From the IMG/VR virus record IMGVR_UViG_3300043933_000129: a stretch of 16,517 bases of DNA. One strand, written 5' to 3'. Under the pieces are notes generated by a model. That model was not told the DNA's origin, made no database searches, and saw only the letters and a program-made list of their open reading frames with translations. The DNA comes from a virus. The position numbers and the translations under genes were made by a program. Below are positions 8,416 to 15,091 of this stretch, piece after piece (the first letter of the stretch is position 1; the number at the start of each line of letters is the position of its first letter).

Positions 8416-8617
8416 CCATATCACTTCTTTCTACGTTCAGAATGTCACATAATTTCTGCAATACAATAGTATTATCATTTAATGCTGTAGTAAACTTATC
8501 TGTTTCTGCCTTGTGACTGTCGTTAATTTTCATACAGTACCACGCCAAGCATAAGCACATTACTATTGGAAATCCCACTGTTGTTATAGCCTGCAAAATC
8601 ATCTGTATTGACTCCAT
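8408..8617 (-). CDS. Holin, BhlA/UviB-like (single N-terminal TM plus charged helical tail)
   Basis: The track start at 8677 is a TTG with no RBS. The ATG at 8617 follows AGGTGGTGAGAGT. The 69-aa product has one TM segment (ILQAITTVGFPIVMCLCLAWYCM) and then a polar coiled region. It lies directly upstream of the endolysin and overlaps it. Confidence 0.7.
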   Translation of the reverse strand: MESIQMILQAITTVGFPIVMCLCLAWYCMKINDSHKAETDKFTTALNDNTIVLQKLCDILNVERSDMDE

Positions 8618-8648
8618 ACTCTCACCACCTATCTTTATTCTCTTTTTA

Positions 8649-8677
8649 ATTATATCATATTGCTTGAAATTTTGCAA
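8649..8677 (-). promoter_or_regulatory. Promoter of the lysis + structural (late) operon
   Basis: On the minus strand this reads TTGCAA (8677-8672), a 17-nt spacer, then TGATATAAT (extended -10; hexamer at 8654-8649). The predicted TSS is near 8642, upstream of the holin RBS. Confidence 0.7.
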
Positions 8678-8692
8678 TATATATGCTATAAT
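8664..8692 (+). promoter_or_regulatory. Promoter of the packaging ATPase gene
   Basis: TTGAAA (8664-8669), a 17-nt spacer, then TGCTATAAT (extended -10; hexamer at 8687-8692). The predicted TSS is near 8699, and the ATG is at 8738. Confidence 0.7.
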
Positions 8693-8737
8693 AAATTGGG
8701 ATAATTATAGACAATTTTAAGAAAAGAGCACAACAAT

Positions 8738-9778
8738 ATGAGCGAAAATAAATACTATGACGGAACTAAATTATTGTCAATGAAAGATATAAATGGATTA
8801 AAGCCTGAGTTGTTTTTATGCACTACTAATAGAAGTGGTGGTAAAACAACATATTTTGGTAGATTATTAATCAATAGATTTTTAAAATATAATAAAAAAT
8901 TCTGCTTAATTTATAGGTACAATTATGAGCTTGATGATGTATGTGATAAGTTCTTTAAAGATTTACAAACATTGTTCTTTAGAAATTATACAATGGAAAG
9001 TGAACGTTGTGCAAGTGGTATTTATCATAGTTTGTTTTTAAATGAACAGCATTGTGGTTATGCTATTAGTTTAAACAGTGCAGACCAGTTGAAAAATTAT
9101 AGTCACTTACTTAGCGACACAGATAGCATGTTATTCGATGAATTTCAGAGCGAAACTAACCACTATTGCAATGGTGAAATAAGAAAGTTTATTAGTGTGC
9201 ATACGAGTATAGCAAGAGGTCACGGAAAGCAGTCAAGGTATCTTCCTGTTTATATGTTAAGTAATGCTGTTAGTATTATCAATCCATATTATGTCGAGTT
9301 GGGAATATCTGAAAGACTAAACAGTGAAACTAATTTCTTAAAAGGTGATGGATTTGTACTGGAAAGTGGTTTCATAGAAACAGCAAGTAAAGCACAAAAA
9401 GAGAGTGGTTTCAATAGAGCATTTAAGAATAATCAGTATGTCGCTTATTCAAGTGAAAATGTGTACTTAAATGATAACACTGCCTTTATTGATACACCAG
9501 TAGGAAAAGGAAAATATATTGCAACACTAAGATATATGGGGCACGATTATGCTGTAAAACAATACAGTGAACAAGGTTACTTATATATTGATGATAAAGC
9601 TGACAGTACCTTTAGAAATAAAATAAGTGTCACTGTTAATGACCATGATATTAATTATGTTATGCTAAAACAGAATGATTTGTTTATCAGTCAGTTAAAA
9701 TATTATTTTGAAAAAGGTTGTTTTAGATTTAAGAACCTTAAATGCAAAGAAGTTTTATTTAAAACTATCAGTTATTAG
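8738..9778 (+). CDS. DNA encapsidation (packaging) ATPase (phi29 gp16 family)
   Basis: 346 aa (phi29 gp16 is 332 aa). Walker A is NRSGGKTT and Walker B is SMLFDEF. The motifs NRFLKY..F..IYRY..EL and YMLSNAVSIINPYY match gp16 as I recall it. It is the only plus-strand gene. Confidence 0.9.
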   Translation: MSENKYYDGTKLLSMKDINGLKPELFLCTTNRSGGKTTYFGRLLINRFLKYNKKFCLIYRYNYELDDVCDKFFKDLQTLFFRNYTMESERCASGIYHSLFLNEQHCGYAISLNSADQLKNYSHLLSDTDSMLFDEFQSETNHYCNGEIRKFISVHTSIARGHGKQSRYLPVYMLSNAVSIINPYYVELGISERLNSETNFLKGDGFVLESGFIETASKAQKESGFNRAFKNNQYVAYSSENVYLNDNTAFIDTPVGKGKYIATLRYMGHDYAVKQYSEQGYLYIDDKADSTFRNKISVTVNDHDINYVMLKQNDLFISQLKYYFEKGCFRFKNLKCKEVLFKTISY

Positions 9779-9891
9779 ATATCTGCTGTTGTATGTTCAC
9801 TTGATACTGCTAGGTAGCACGTTTGAAAGATAACGCTAGTATGTATTGTCGTAAATGCTGTGCGCTTGTGTTCTGCAATAGTTATAGATAT
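9779..9891 (+). ncRNA. Candidate structured RNA (pRNA-like three-way junction) in the ATPase 3' UTR
   Basis: 113 nt with no ORF lie between the TAG (9776-9778) and the terminator. The hand fold gives these elements:
- closing helix 9779-9793/9874-9891 (15 bp, 3 G-U, 3-nt bulge);
- arm 9802-9813/9836-9848, a GUAGCA bulge, and hairpin 9820-9835;
- a second hairpin at 9850-9864.
No energy calculation was done. Confidence 0.35.
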
Positions 9892-9929
9892 AGAAAAGAC
9901 AGGAGTTTTTTTGCTCCTGCCTTTTTGTT
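9892..9929. terminator. Bidirectional rho-independent terminator between the convergent ATPase and early/replication transcripts
   Basis: The stem CAGGAG (9900-9905) / CTCCTG (9914-9919) is flanked by an A-rich run upstream (9892-9899) and CTTTTTGTTTTATTTT downstream. This gives a U-tract after the stem on both strands. Confidence 0.65.
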
Positions 9930-10175
9930 TTATTTTGTGTAGGCTTCTATAATATAATCTTCAATGCAATTGCTTAATTCTGATATTATGTCTTTTATTG
10001 AAATACAAAAATCAATTTCTTTCTTTAATGTATATTTTTTATAATTAATATCAAAAGTTAAAGATATTATATGTCTATCGCCTATTGTTATTATTTCACT
10101 TTTAAAAAATATACAATATTTTTGAGATAAAATATCAGTTAATAATTCTACAAATTTATTATAATTTTCTTCCAT
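9930..10175 (-). CDS. Hypothetical protein (81 aa), last gene of the replication operon
   Basis: The ORF follows the RBS AAGGAG. It is AT-rich and I recognise no motif. It weakly resembles the 77-aa neighbour (shared IKDI-containing C-terminal helix). Confidence 0.6.
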   Translation of the reverse strand: MEENYNKFVELLTDILSQKYCIFFKSEIITIGDRHIISLTFDINYKKYTLKKEIDFCISIKDIISELSNCIEDYIIEAYTK

Positions 10176-10186
10176 ATTATTTCTCC

Positions 10187-10420
10187 TTATTTATAATAGT
10201 GATAATGTATCTGCGTTGCAATAGATATACTTAATGACAATACAATATCTTTTATATTTTTTTTATCTATAAAATCATAATGTAAGTATTTTACTATGTA
10301 TAAACCATTTAAACAATATTCTATTTTATACTGTTCTTTATAGGGTACATCATAAAACTCGATTGAACCTTTAAATTTTTTGCGTAGTTCCTGCACTACT
10401 TCTTCCATTTTTTCATTCAT
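10187..10420 (-). CDS. Hypothetical protein (77 aa)
   Basis: The ORF follows the RBS GAGGTGA. Its ATG overlaps the stop of the upstream micro-ORF (ATGA). Confidence 0.6.
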   Translation of the reverse strand: MNEKMEEVVQELRKKFKGSIEFYDVPYKEQYKIEYCLNGLYIVKYLHYDFIDKKNIKDIVLSLSISIATQIHYHYYK

Positions 10421-10551
10421 ATTTTATTCACCTCTCTTGTAAAATAATCACAATCATATTTGTACTTACAAAAACAACACATATGAGTGCAAGTCTTTTC
10501 ATATTTTTTTGCTTTATATCTGTAATATAAATTTACTAACCATGTTATCAT
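10417..10551 (-). CDS. Cys-rich micro-protein (44 aa), not in the ORF track
   Basis: Hand-translated as MITWLVNLYYRYKAKKYEKTCTHMCCFCKYKYDCDYFTREVNKI. The RBS GAGGAG lies 8 nt upstream. ATGA overlaps occur at both ends, indicating translational coupling. Confidence 0.55.
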   Translation of the reverse strand: MITWLVNLYYRYKAKKYEKTCTHMCCFCKYKYDCDYFTREVNKI

Positions 10552-10715
10552 AATTTCCACTCCTCTACGTCAAAAATTACATTATTAATATCTTTTAGAA
10601 TATTGTATGTTCTGCAATAATAATCACATGTCGCCTTATCACACTCACCACATATCTTAACAAGTAATTTATGTCTTTTATGCTTTAATATAACAATTAA
10701 TAATCTGTTTAACAT
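10548..10715 (-). CDS. Cys-rich micro-protein (55 aa, CxxCx4Cx3C), not in the ORF track
   Basis: Hand-translated as MLNRLLIVILKHKRHKLLVKICGECDKATCDYYCRTYNILKDINNVIFDVEEWKL. The RBS AGGTGA is formed by the polymerase stop region, and the ATG lies 6 nt after the pol TGA. Confidence 0.55.
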   Translation of the reverse strand: MLNRLLIVILKHKRHKLLVKICGECDKATCDYYCRTYNILKDINNVIFDVEEWKL

Positions 10716-10721
10716 AATCTT

Positions 10722-12665
10722 TCACCTCATTTCATATGTCGTGTTCACCAGTAATACTCCGCCTTTAATTCTTTTTGGCAATAATTTTCCGGGAACACAT
10801 AAACCAACTTTAAAATCACTGTAGTCTCTTTTTGTTTCTAAGAATTTTAATTCGCTTTCTGTATAGTTATCACTCTCCTTTGCTTCATATCCCTGCATTG
10901 ATTTGTTAAATAAATCTTTACATTTCTGTGGCATGCCTGCACATTTAATATCATTATATGGTTCATCAACTGGAATTAAATCATGATGCGTTATGTGTTC
11001 TATATATGTTTTCTGTCTTGTAAATATAGCTGTATCCCAACTACTCTCAAGTTTCCAACAACAAAACTTTACTGGGTCAACTGTTATTCCTTTTATCTTA
11101 TCAGCAGGTAAATCACAATGTATACTGTCAGTATCAGCATAAATAAAACCCGCTTTGTCTACACCATAGTAATTTTTTTGAGCGGCTGTGATTGTAAAGT
11201 TACGTGCGTATGACGTTATTGCACTACCAGTTGCTATATGACCCACCTTTTTATTGTTAGCAGGGACTATATAAAATCCTATACTTCCATCATCTTTTAC
11301 ATATGCAACTTTAAAACTACTATTGGAACTACTAGCAATTTTACCATATAGATTATTGAGAAAAAGTTTTGCTTCTGTACGCTTTGCATATTTACTATTC
11401 ATTTTAATTTCTGCATAATGATTGATATAATTATCAAATATTCCTATAGCAGAATAAAACCAACACCCATCCAATATTTCAAAGTCTACAAGTTCATAGT
11501 GTTTTAGCATTAACTTATAATCTGTCATTGTTACTGTCATTATCTGTGCAGTATCTTTAATATTACCATTAATATCTTTATAGTATCTATTGTAGTTTCC
11601 ATTTTTATCTAATACATCACTAGTTGTTAATGACTCCGTGCCTTTATATAAATGATTACCCTTTATCTGGATGAATGGCAACATATTTTCTTTAATATAA
11701 AAGCGTGTTTTTATTCTTAAAAAATAATATTTATTTTCACCTATTGCTTCATTAGGTATTACATTACCAGTCCAAAAATATGGCTTACCTATTGGAAAAT
11801 AATTTCCACTTTCTGAGTGCATCATACTAGGATATAAAGAGTTTACATCGCCAGTTGTACCATTATATTTTACTTTATTTTCTTTTCCTTTTACTAAATA
11901 GCACCAGCCACCTCTATAGCTATGTCGTATATATTCATCAGCATTTGATGAGCCATAAATATTTTTATCAAGTATAAATTCATCAAGAGGAGGAAACAAA
12001 TCATTGTAGTCATAAGCACCCAATGAATTTTTATATTCTGCTATACAACAAGAACCTATTGTTAATTTATCATGTCCATCATTGAATAACTGTTCAAGTG
12101 CTTCTTTAACTACTAATACATCATTTGCTATATATTTCTTTTCTTTATCAGTTATATTGCAACCTGCATATCTATAGCCAATGTATTCCATATCTAATTT
12201 TTGATGTTTTGTTTTAAAAGATTTTCCTATTTGATATACTGAAAATGGTAATAACTTTAAACTATCTCTTAATTCGATAAAATGATTATTAACTTTAATA
12301 GTAATCATATACCATTGGCCCATTGAAGATATAATATATTTAAATGTATTATTTTTCATATATTTTTCTTTTATAAACTCGCCTTGTGTTCCGTCATTAT
12401 TAAATGACTCATATGCCTGTTCATATTTTAAATCTGTTAATAAATATGACAGCCAAAAATTTCCATCAAATTTAAGATTATGATAGTATGCTATTATGTC
12501 ACAATCTAATGACTTAAAATAATTAAACTGTTCATTTATAGAATGAAAAATATTAACATTTTCTGTGTATAATTCTACGGACGCACTCGCCCATACTTCA
12601 GTAGATTTTTGAGCCTCATATACTGTAGTTTCAAAATCACACATAAATTTTCTATAGTTTCTCAT
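10722..12665 (-). CDS. Protein-primed family-B DNA polymerase (phi29 gp2 type)
   Basis: 647 aa. The motifs, in canonical order and close to phi29, are:
- Exo I: DFETT
- Exo II: YHNLKFDGNF
- Exo III: YIANDVLVV
- YRGGW
- motif A: DVNSLYPSMM
- motif B: KLFLNNLYGKIAS
- motif C: YADTDSIH
- KxY: RQKTYIE. Confidence 0.97.
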   Translation of the reverse strand: MRNYRKFMCDFETTVYEAQKSTEVWASASVELYTENVNIFHSINEQFNYFKSLDCDIIAYYHNLKFDGNFWLSYLLTDLKYEQAYESFNNDGTQGEFIKEKYMKNNTFKYIISSMGQWYMITIKVNNHFIELRDSLKLLPFSVYQIGKSFKTKHQKLDMEYIGYRYAGCNITDKEKKYIANDVLVVKEALEQLFNDGHDKLTIGSCCIAEYKNSLGAYDYNDLFPPLDEFILDKNIYGSSNADEYIRHSYRGGWCYLVKGKENKVKYNGTTGDVNSLYPSMMHSESGNYFPIGKPYFWTGNVIPNEAIGENKYYFLRIKTRFYIKENMLPFIQIKGNHLYKGTESLTTSDVLDKNGNYNRYYKDINGNIKDTAQIMTVTMTDYKLMLKHYELVDFEILDGCWFYSAIGIFDNYINHYAEIKMNSKYAKRTEAKLFLNNLYGKIASSSNSSFKVAYVKDDGSIGFYIVPANNKKVGHIATGSAITSYARNFTITAAQKNYYGVDKAGFIYADTDSIHCDLPADKIKGITVDPVKFCCWKLESSWDTAIFTRQKTYIEHITHHDLIPVDEPYNDIKCAGMPQKCKDLFNKSMQGYEAKESDNYTESELKFLETKRDYSDFKVGLCVPGKLLPKRIKGGVLLVNTTYEMR

Positions 12666-13195
12666 ATGCTATCTAAATCAGTAAAACCAAAATATTCATT
12701 AACGTCATTAGATTGTATTGCTGATACTCGTGACATATCGTGATTTGATAATAAAGGTATTAAATCTTCTGTCTTTGCCTGCACCACTTCTGAATATACA
12801 CTCTCATTTATACTATCTATTGCAGATATAATTTCTTCTTCATTTTGTTGTAAATAATATTCATACTGTTCATCTCCAAAATCTTCCTGCATTTGTTTTA
12901 TAATTCCTAAAACAGTATAATAAAAATTTTCGAGATTGTAGTCTATAGCTTCACCACCATGTGTGTATGTCTGCTTTTTACTAGGCAAAACTTGCAACCT
13001 TGAAATAATGCTGTCTGTGACTGTGTAAGTTTCTGCATTTTGTCTTTGTCCTATTTCTGATTGTATATCCTGCAAAATAGTTTGTGTTATTCTTTTTGGG
13101 AAAGATTTTAAACCTTGTGTAGAAATACCTTGTTGCTCTGCTTTATCTAATATAGCTTGATAAGCTTTTTGATTTTTAGTAAGTTTTTTTGCCAT
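12662..13195 (-). CDS. Putative terminal protein (by position only)
   Basis: The 177-aa ORF lies directly upstream of the polymerase and is translationally coupled to it (ATGA overlap), as in phi29 gene 3 / gene 2. It has a basic N-terminus and an acidic C-terminus, and the RBS is GAGGGGG. I recognise no sequence motif. Confidence 0.45.
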   Translation of the reverse strand: MAKKLTKNQKAYQAILDKAEQQGISTQGLKSFPKRITQTILQDIQSEIGQRQNAETYTVTDSIISRLQVLPSKKQTYTHGGEAIDYNLENFYYTVLGIIKQMQEDFGDEQYEYYLQQNEEEIISAIDSINESVYSEVVQAKTEDLIPLLSNHDMSRVSAIQSNDVNEYFGFTDLDSI

Positions 13196-13227
13196 ACTTA
13201 TTTTTCCCCCTCTCTATAATGTAATAA

Positions 13228-13255
13228 GACCCCTGCTAACTAATTAGCAAGGGTC
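13228..13255 (-). terminator. 12-bp hairpin between the SSB-like gene and the terminal-protein gene (attenuator or stability element)
   Basis: Stem 13228-13239/13244-13255 with a 4-nt loop. The single C:A mismatch on the plus strand is a G-U wobble on the minus strand. It is followed by UUAUUACAUUAU on the minus strand. Confidence 0.45.
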
Positions 13256-13273
13256 AGCGGTAAGATAAAAATT

Positions 13274-13630
13274 TTATTTTACTGTTTTTACATCAAGTGC
13301 GCAATCTATGAATGGTCTACCATTCTTTGTTGTACCACTAACTTTGATAATACTGAACTGTTTGTCATGCATGATGTTAGTAATGTTATCAAAACTACGT
13401 TTGAAAGTGGCTGATTGACATGAGAATACTTCATTATCTGGTGTAATGATTGATAAGATGTCAACACTATCTCCGTTCTCCTTTTCATCTGTAAATGTAA
13501 GATAACCTGCCACTGGAATAGATGTATTATCCTTTACGTCTTTAAGAGACTTAATACCTCTATCTAATGTCATTAAATACTGCTCTACCTCTGTAAAATC
13601 CTTTGACTGTGTATTAATTGTAATTCCCAT
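13274..13630 (-). CDS. Single-stranded DNA-binding protein (phi29 gp5-like)
   Basis: 118 aa (phi29 gp5 is 124 aa). The C-terminal half, ILSIITPDNEVFSCQSATF....FSIIKVSGTTKNGRPFIDCAL, parallels phi29 gp5 ...TTIFAADGSLYSAISKTV....FKVKVVQGTSSKGNVFFSLQL as I recall it. It sits upstream of TP/pol, as in phi29. Confidence 0.65.
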   Translation of the reverse strand: MGITINTQSKDFTEVEQYLMTLDRGIKSLKDVKDNTSIPVAGYLTFTDEKENGDSVDILSIITPDNEVFSCQSATFKRSFDNITNIMHDKQFSIIKVSGTTKNGRPFIDCALDVKTVK

Positions 13631-13653
13631 GGTTGTTTATCTCCTTTTCTTTT

Positions 13654-13968
13654 TTATTCTACGTCTGTTGGCTCTATATCTACATTGAATTCTTTACGTG
13701 TAGCAGGGTCAAGTATTTTTGCTCCTGCAATAAAGTCTGCTTCATCCATACCATAAAGCTCATTAACCTCTTTAATATCACGGATTGTAACAATAGTGCA
13801 ATCCTGTGTGTTATAAAGTTTTGATACTCTTTTTAATACTTTGTCTTTGTCAGCAATTTTGCCAGTAAGTAGAAATTCCTTTTCAAAAGTTTCTGCTGAC
13901 TGCGGATTTACACATAAAGCCCTAACTCGCGTTGATATAATTGTCCTCGTTATCATTGGTTTTCTCAT
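13654..13968 (-). CDS. Histone-like dsDNA-binding protein, phi29 p6-like (paralog A)
   Basis: The track N-terminus is trimmed to ATG 13968, which follows AAAGGAGAAAAAACT. The product is 104 aa. MITRTI..T, LLTGKIADKD and ELYGMDEADFIAGA parallel phi29 p6 EITKTTVNV, FVGNLTMEQ and VYELPVEKFLEVA as I recall it. It sits next to the SSB gene, like phi29 genes 6 and 5. Confidence 0.55.
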   Translation of the reverse strand: MRKPMITRTIISTRVRALCVNPQSAETFEKEFLLTGKIADKDKVLKRVSKLYNTQDCTIVTIRDIKEVNELYGMDEADFIAGAKILDPATRKEFNVDIEPTDVE

Positions 13969-14021
13969 AGTTTTTTCTCCTTTTTTCTTTGTGCTATGAT
14001 TTGTAAAGTTATTGTAATAAA

Positions 14022-14051
14022 GTTGTAACACCAATATGGTGTAGTAGTCAA
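14022..14051 (-). promoter_or_regulatory. Possible promoter for p6-like gene A
   Basis: On the minus strand this reads TTGACT (14051-14046), an 18-nt spacer ending in TGT, then TACAAC (14027-14022). Confidence 0.3.
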
Positions 14052-14084
14052 GTTGATTTTTGCAATCTGTTTGCTGATAGCTTG

Positions 14085-14255
14085 CTATCTCTTGACTATT
14101 AAGCAGGAAAGAAAATCATCTACTTTATGCCGAATTATGATTTTGCAATCTTCACGATAAATTGTTTCTGTTGTAACATTACGCTTATCAGTCCTGCATA
14201 ATATTTTACGTGTGTTCGGGTCTGATATAAGCTGTGCATATAATGTTTCTATCAT
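14085..14255 (-). CDS. Hypothetical small protein (56 aa), not in the ORF track
   Basis: Hand-translated as MIETLYAQLISDPNTRKILCRTDKRNVTTETIYREDCKIIIRHKVDDFLSCLIVKR. The RBS AAAGGTGGTGA lies 8 nt upstream of ATG 14255. Confidence 0.45.
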   Translation of the reverse strand: MIETLYAQLISDPNTRKILCRTDKRNVTTETIYREDCKIIIRHKVDDFLSCLIVKR

Positions 14256-14283
14256 GTGTTATTCACCACCTTTTTTGAGGAGT

Positions 14284-14322
14284 CCGCACTATTGAGTGAC
14301 ATATTGACTGGCAATAGTGCGG
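14284..14322 (-). promoter_or_regulatory. Long perfect hairpin in the leader of the second early module
   Basis: 11-bp perfect stem CCGCACTATTG / CAATAGTGCGG (14284-14294 / 14312-14322) with a 17-nt loop that can add 3 more bp. No U-tract follows on the minus strand. It lies about 12 nt upstream of the RBS of the 56-aa ORF. Confidence 0.5.
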
Positions 14323-14417
14323 TTGTATAGTATTAAAGCAAAACGTAACTTTTGTAAATAGTGTAATACCTCTTTACATATTATATAGTACAGTAGTAAT
14401 GTAAATGTAGTATGTCT

Positions 14418-14442
14418 AAATTATGAACATTTTATGAACTTT
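14418..14442. repeat. Tandem 11-nt direct repeat TTATGAACATT/TTATGAACTTT, within an 18-nt element shared with the right terminal region
   Basis: 14418-14435 (AAATTATGAACATTTTAT) matches 16348-16365 (AAATTGTGAACATTTTAT) at 17/18 positions. The repeat units are at 14421-14431 and 14432-14442. Confidence 0.9.
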
Positions 14443-14462
14443 TCCACATTTTGATTTACTGT

Positions 14463-14502
14463 AATTTACGAAAATTTACGAAAACTATTACATTTCTGTC
14501 AA
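14463..14502 (-). promoter_or_regulatory. Possible promoter (TTGACA-18-TAAATT) overlapping a 10-nt tandem repeat AATTTACGAA x2
   Basis: On the minus strand, TTGACA is at 14502-14497 and TAAATT at 14478-14473. The tandem units are at 14463-14472 and 14473-14482. Confidence 0.3.
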
Positions 14503-14553
14503 TAATATTAAGATAATTTGCTCTTGAAAGTAATAACTTTGTGATTTTTTGCG

Positions 14554-14850
14554 TCATATTATAAAAAATCTCCTTTCAACTATTTTTCTATAATACTTAA
14601 CTATTTTATCTACAATTTTCTTTGATGATACACCATACATCATATCATAATCGAGCGTATTTAAGAAAAAACGTTTTTCGCCTAATTCTTTCGTCTTGAT
14701 TATGACATACCACATAGCCTCAATATTGTCATAGCCATAAAATACTTTCCCTTTAACACGTTCTGCCAGCTTTAAAGCTATTTCTATAACAAAATCCTCG
14801 AAGACTTCATCAACTTCAGACTGTGACATTTTTCTATTTTTGTATAGCAT
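14554..14850 (-). CDS. Hypothetical early protein (98 aa)
   Basis: The start is moved to ATG 14850 (MLYKNRK...), which follows AAAAGAGGTACAAAAC. The track start at 14886 lacks an RBS and overlaps the upstream gene. Confidence 0.6.
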   Translation of the reverse strand: MLYKNRKMSQSEVDEVFEDFVIEIALKLAERVKGKVFYGYDNIEAMWYVIIKTKELGEKRFFLNTLDYDMMYGVSSKKIVDKIVKYYRKIVERRFFII

Positions 14851-14866
14851 GTTTTGTACCTCTTTT

Positions 14867-15067
14867 CTATTCTTCAATGTCGACATGTAACATATTTTGT
14901 CCTAAAATATTACTAAATTGCACAACTTTCATTTTTGACAGCTGTTTGTTTTTTAAAATTTGTGATTTTGTATAATATTCAGTAATGTCATATTGAATAT
15001 CATGTAAACGAAAACTAGAAGTTGCACTCAACTTGACTAATGTACATAGTTTTATATTGTTTGTCAT
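14867..15067 (-). CDS. Hypothetical early protein (66 aa)
   Basis: The ORF follows TAGAAAAGAGGTGAAACA. It may be a distant third member of the 60/64-aa paralog family. Confidence 0.6.
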   Translation of the reverse strand: MTNNIKLCTLVKLSATSSFRLHDIQYDITEYYTKSQILKNKQLSKMKVVQFSNILGQNMLHVDIEE

Positions 15068-15091
15068 TGTTTCACCTCTTTTCTATTAATT

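Noticed and set aside
4996-8516. Overlapping or antisense track ORFs: 4996..5358+, 5337..5642-, 5377..5562+, 6053..6280+, 6455..6658+, 6791..7054-, 6835..7209+, 6888..7094+, 8048..8389+, 8289..8516+
   Set aside because: All lie inside, or antisense to, genes with strong homology-type support (tail knob, capsid, scaffold, lysins). They lack Shine-Dalgarno sequences and have hydrophobic, low-complexity shadow-frame composition.
13969-14034. N-terminal extensions of many track ORFs (for example 13654..14034, 15548..15925, 8408..8677, 3625..5421, 6819..7148, 15931..16260, 1959..2732)
   Set aside because: The extended starts are GTG/TTG codons that fall inside or upstream of the Shine-Dalgarno sequence, or they cross hairpins. 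An ATG at canonical 6-9 nt spacing behind GGAGG/GGTGA exists downstream in every case.
14256-14553. Hidden protein-coding gene in the large intergenic island
   Set aside because: Every ATG on both strands hits a stop codon within about 6 codons.
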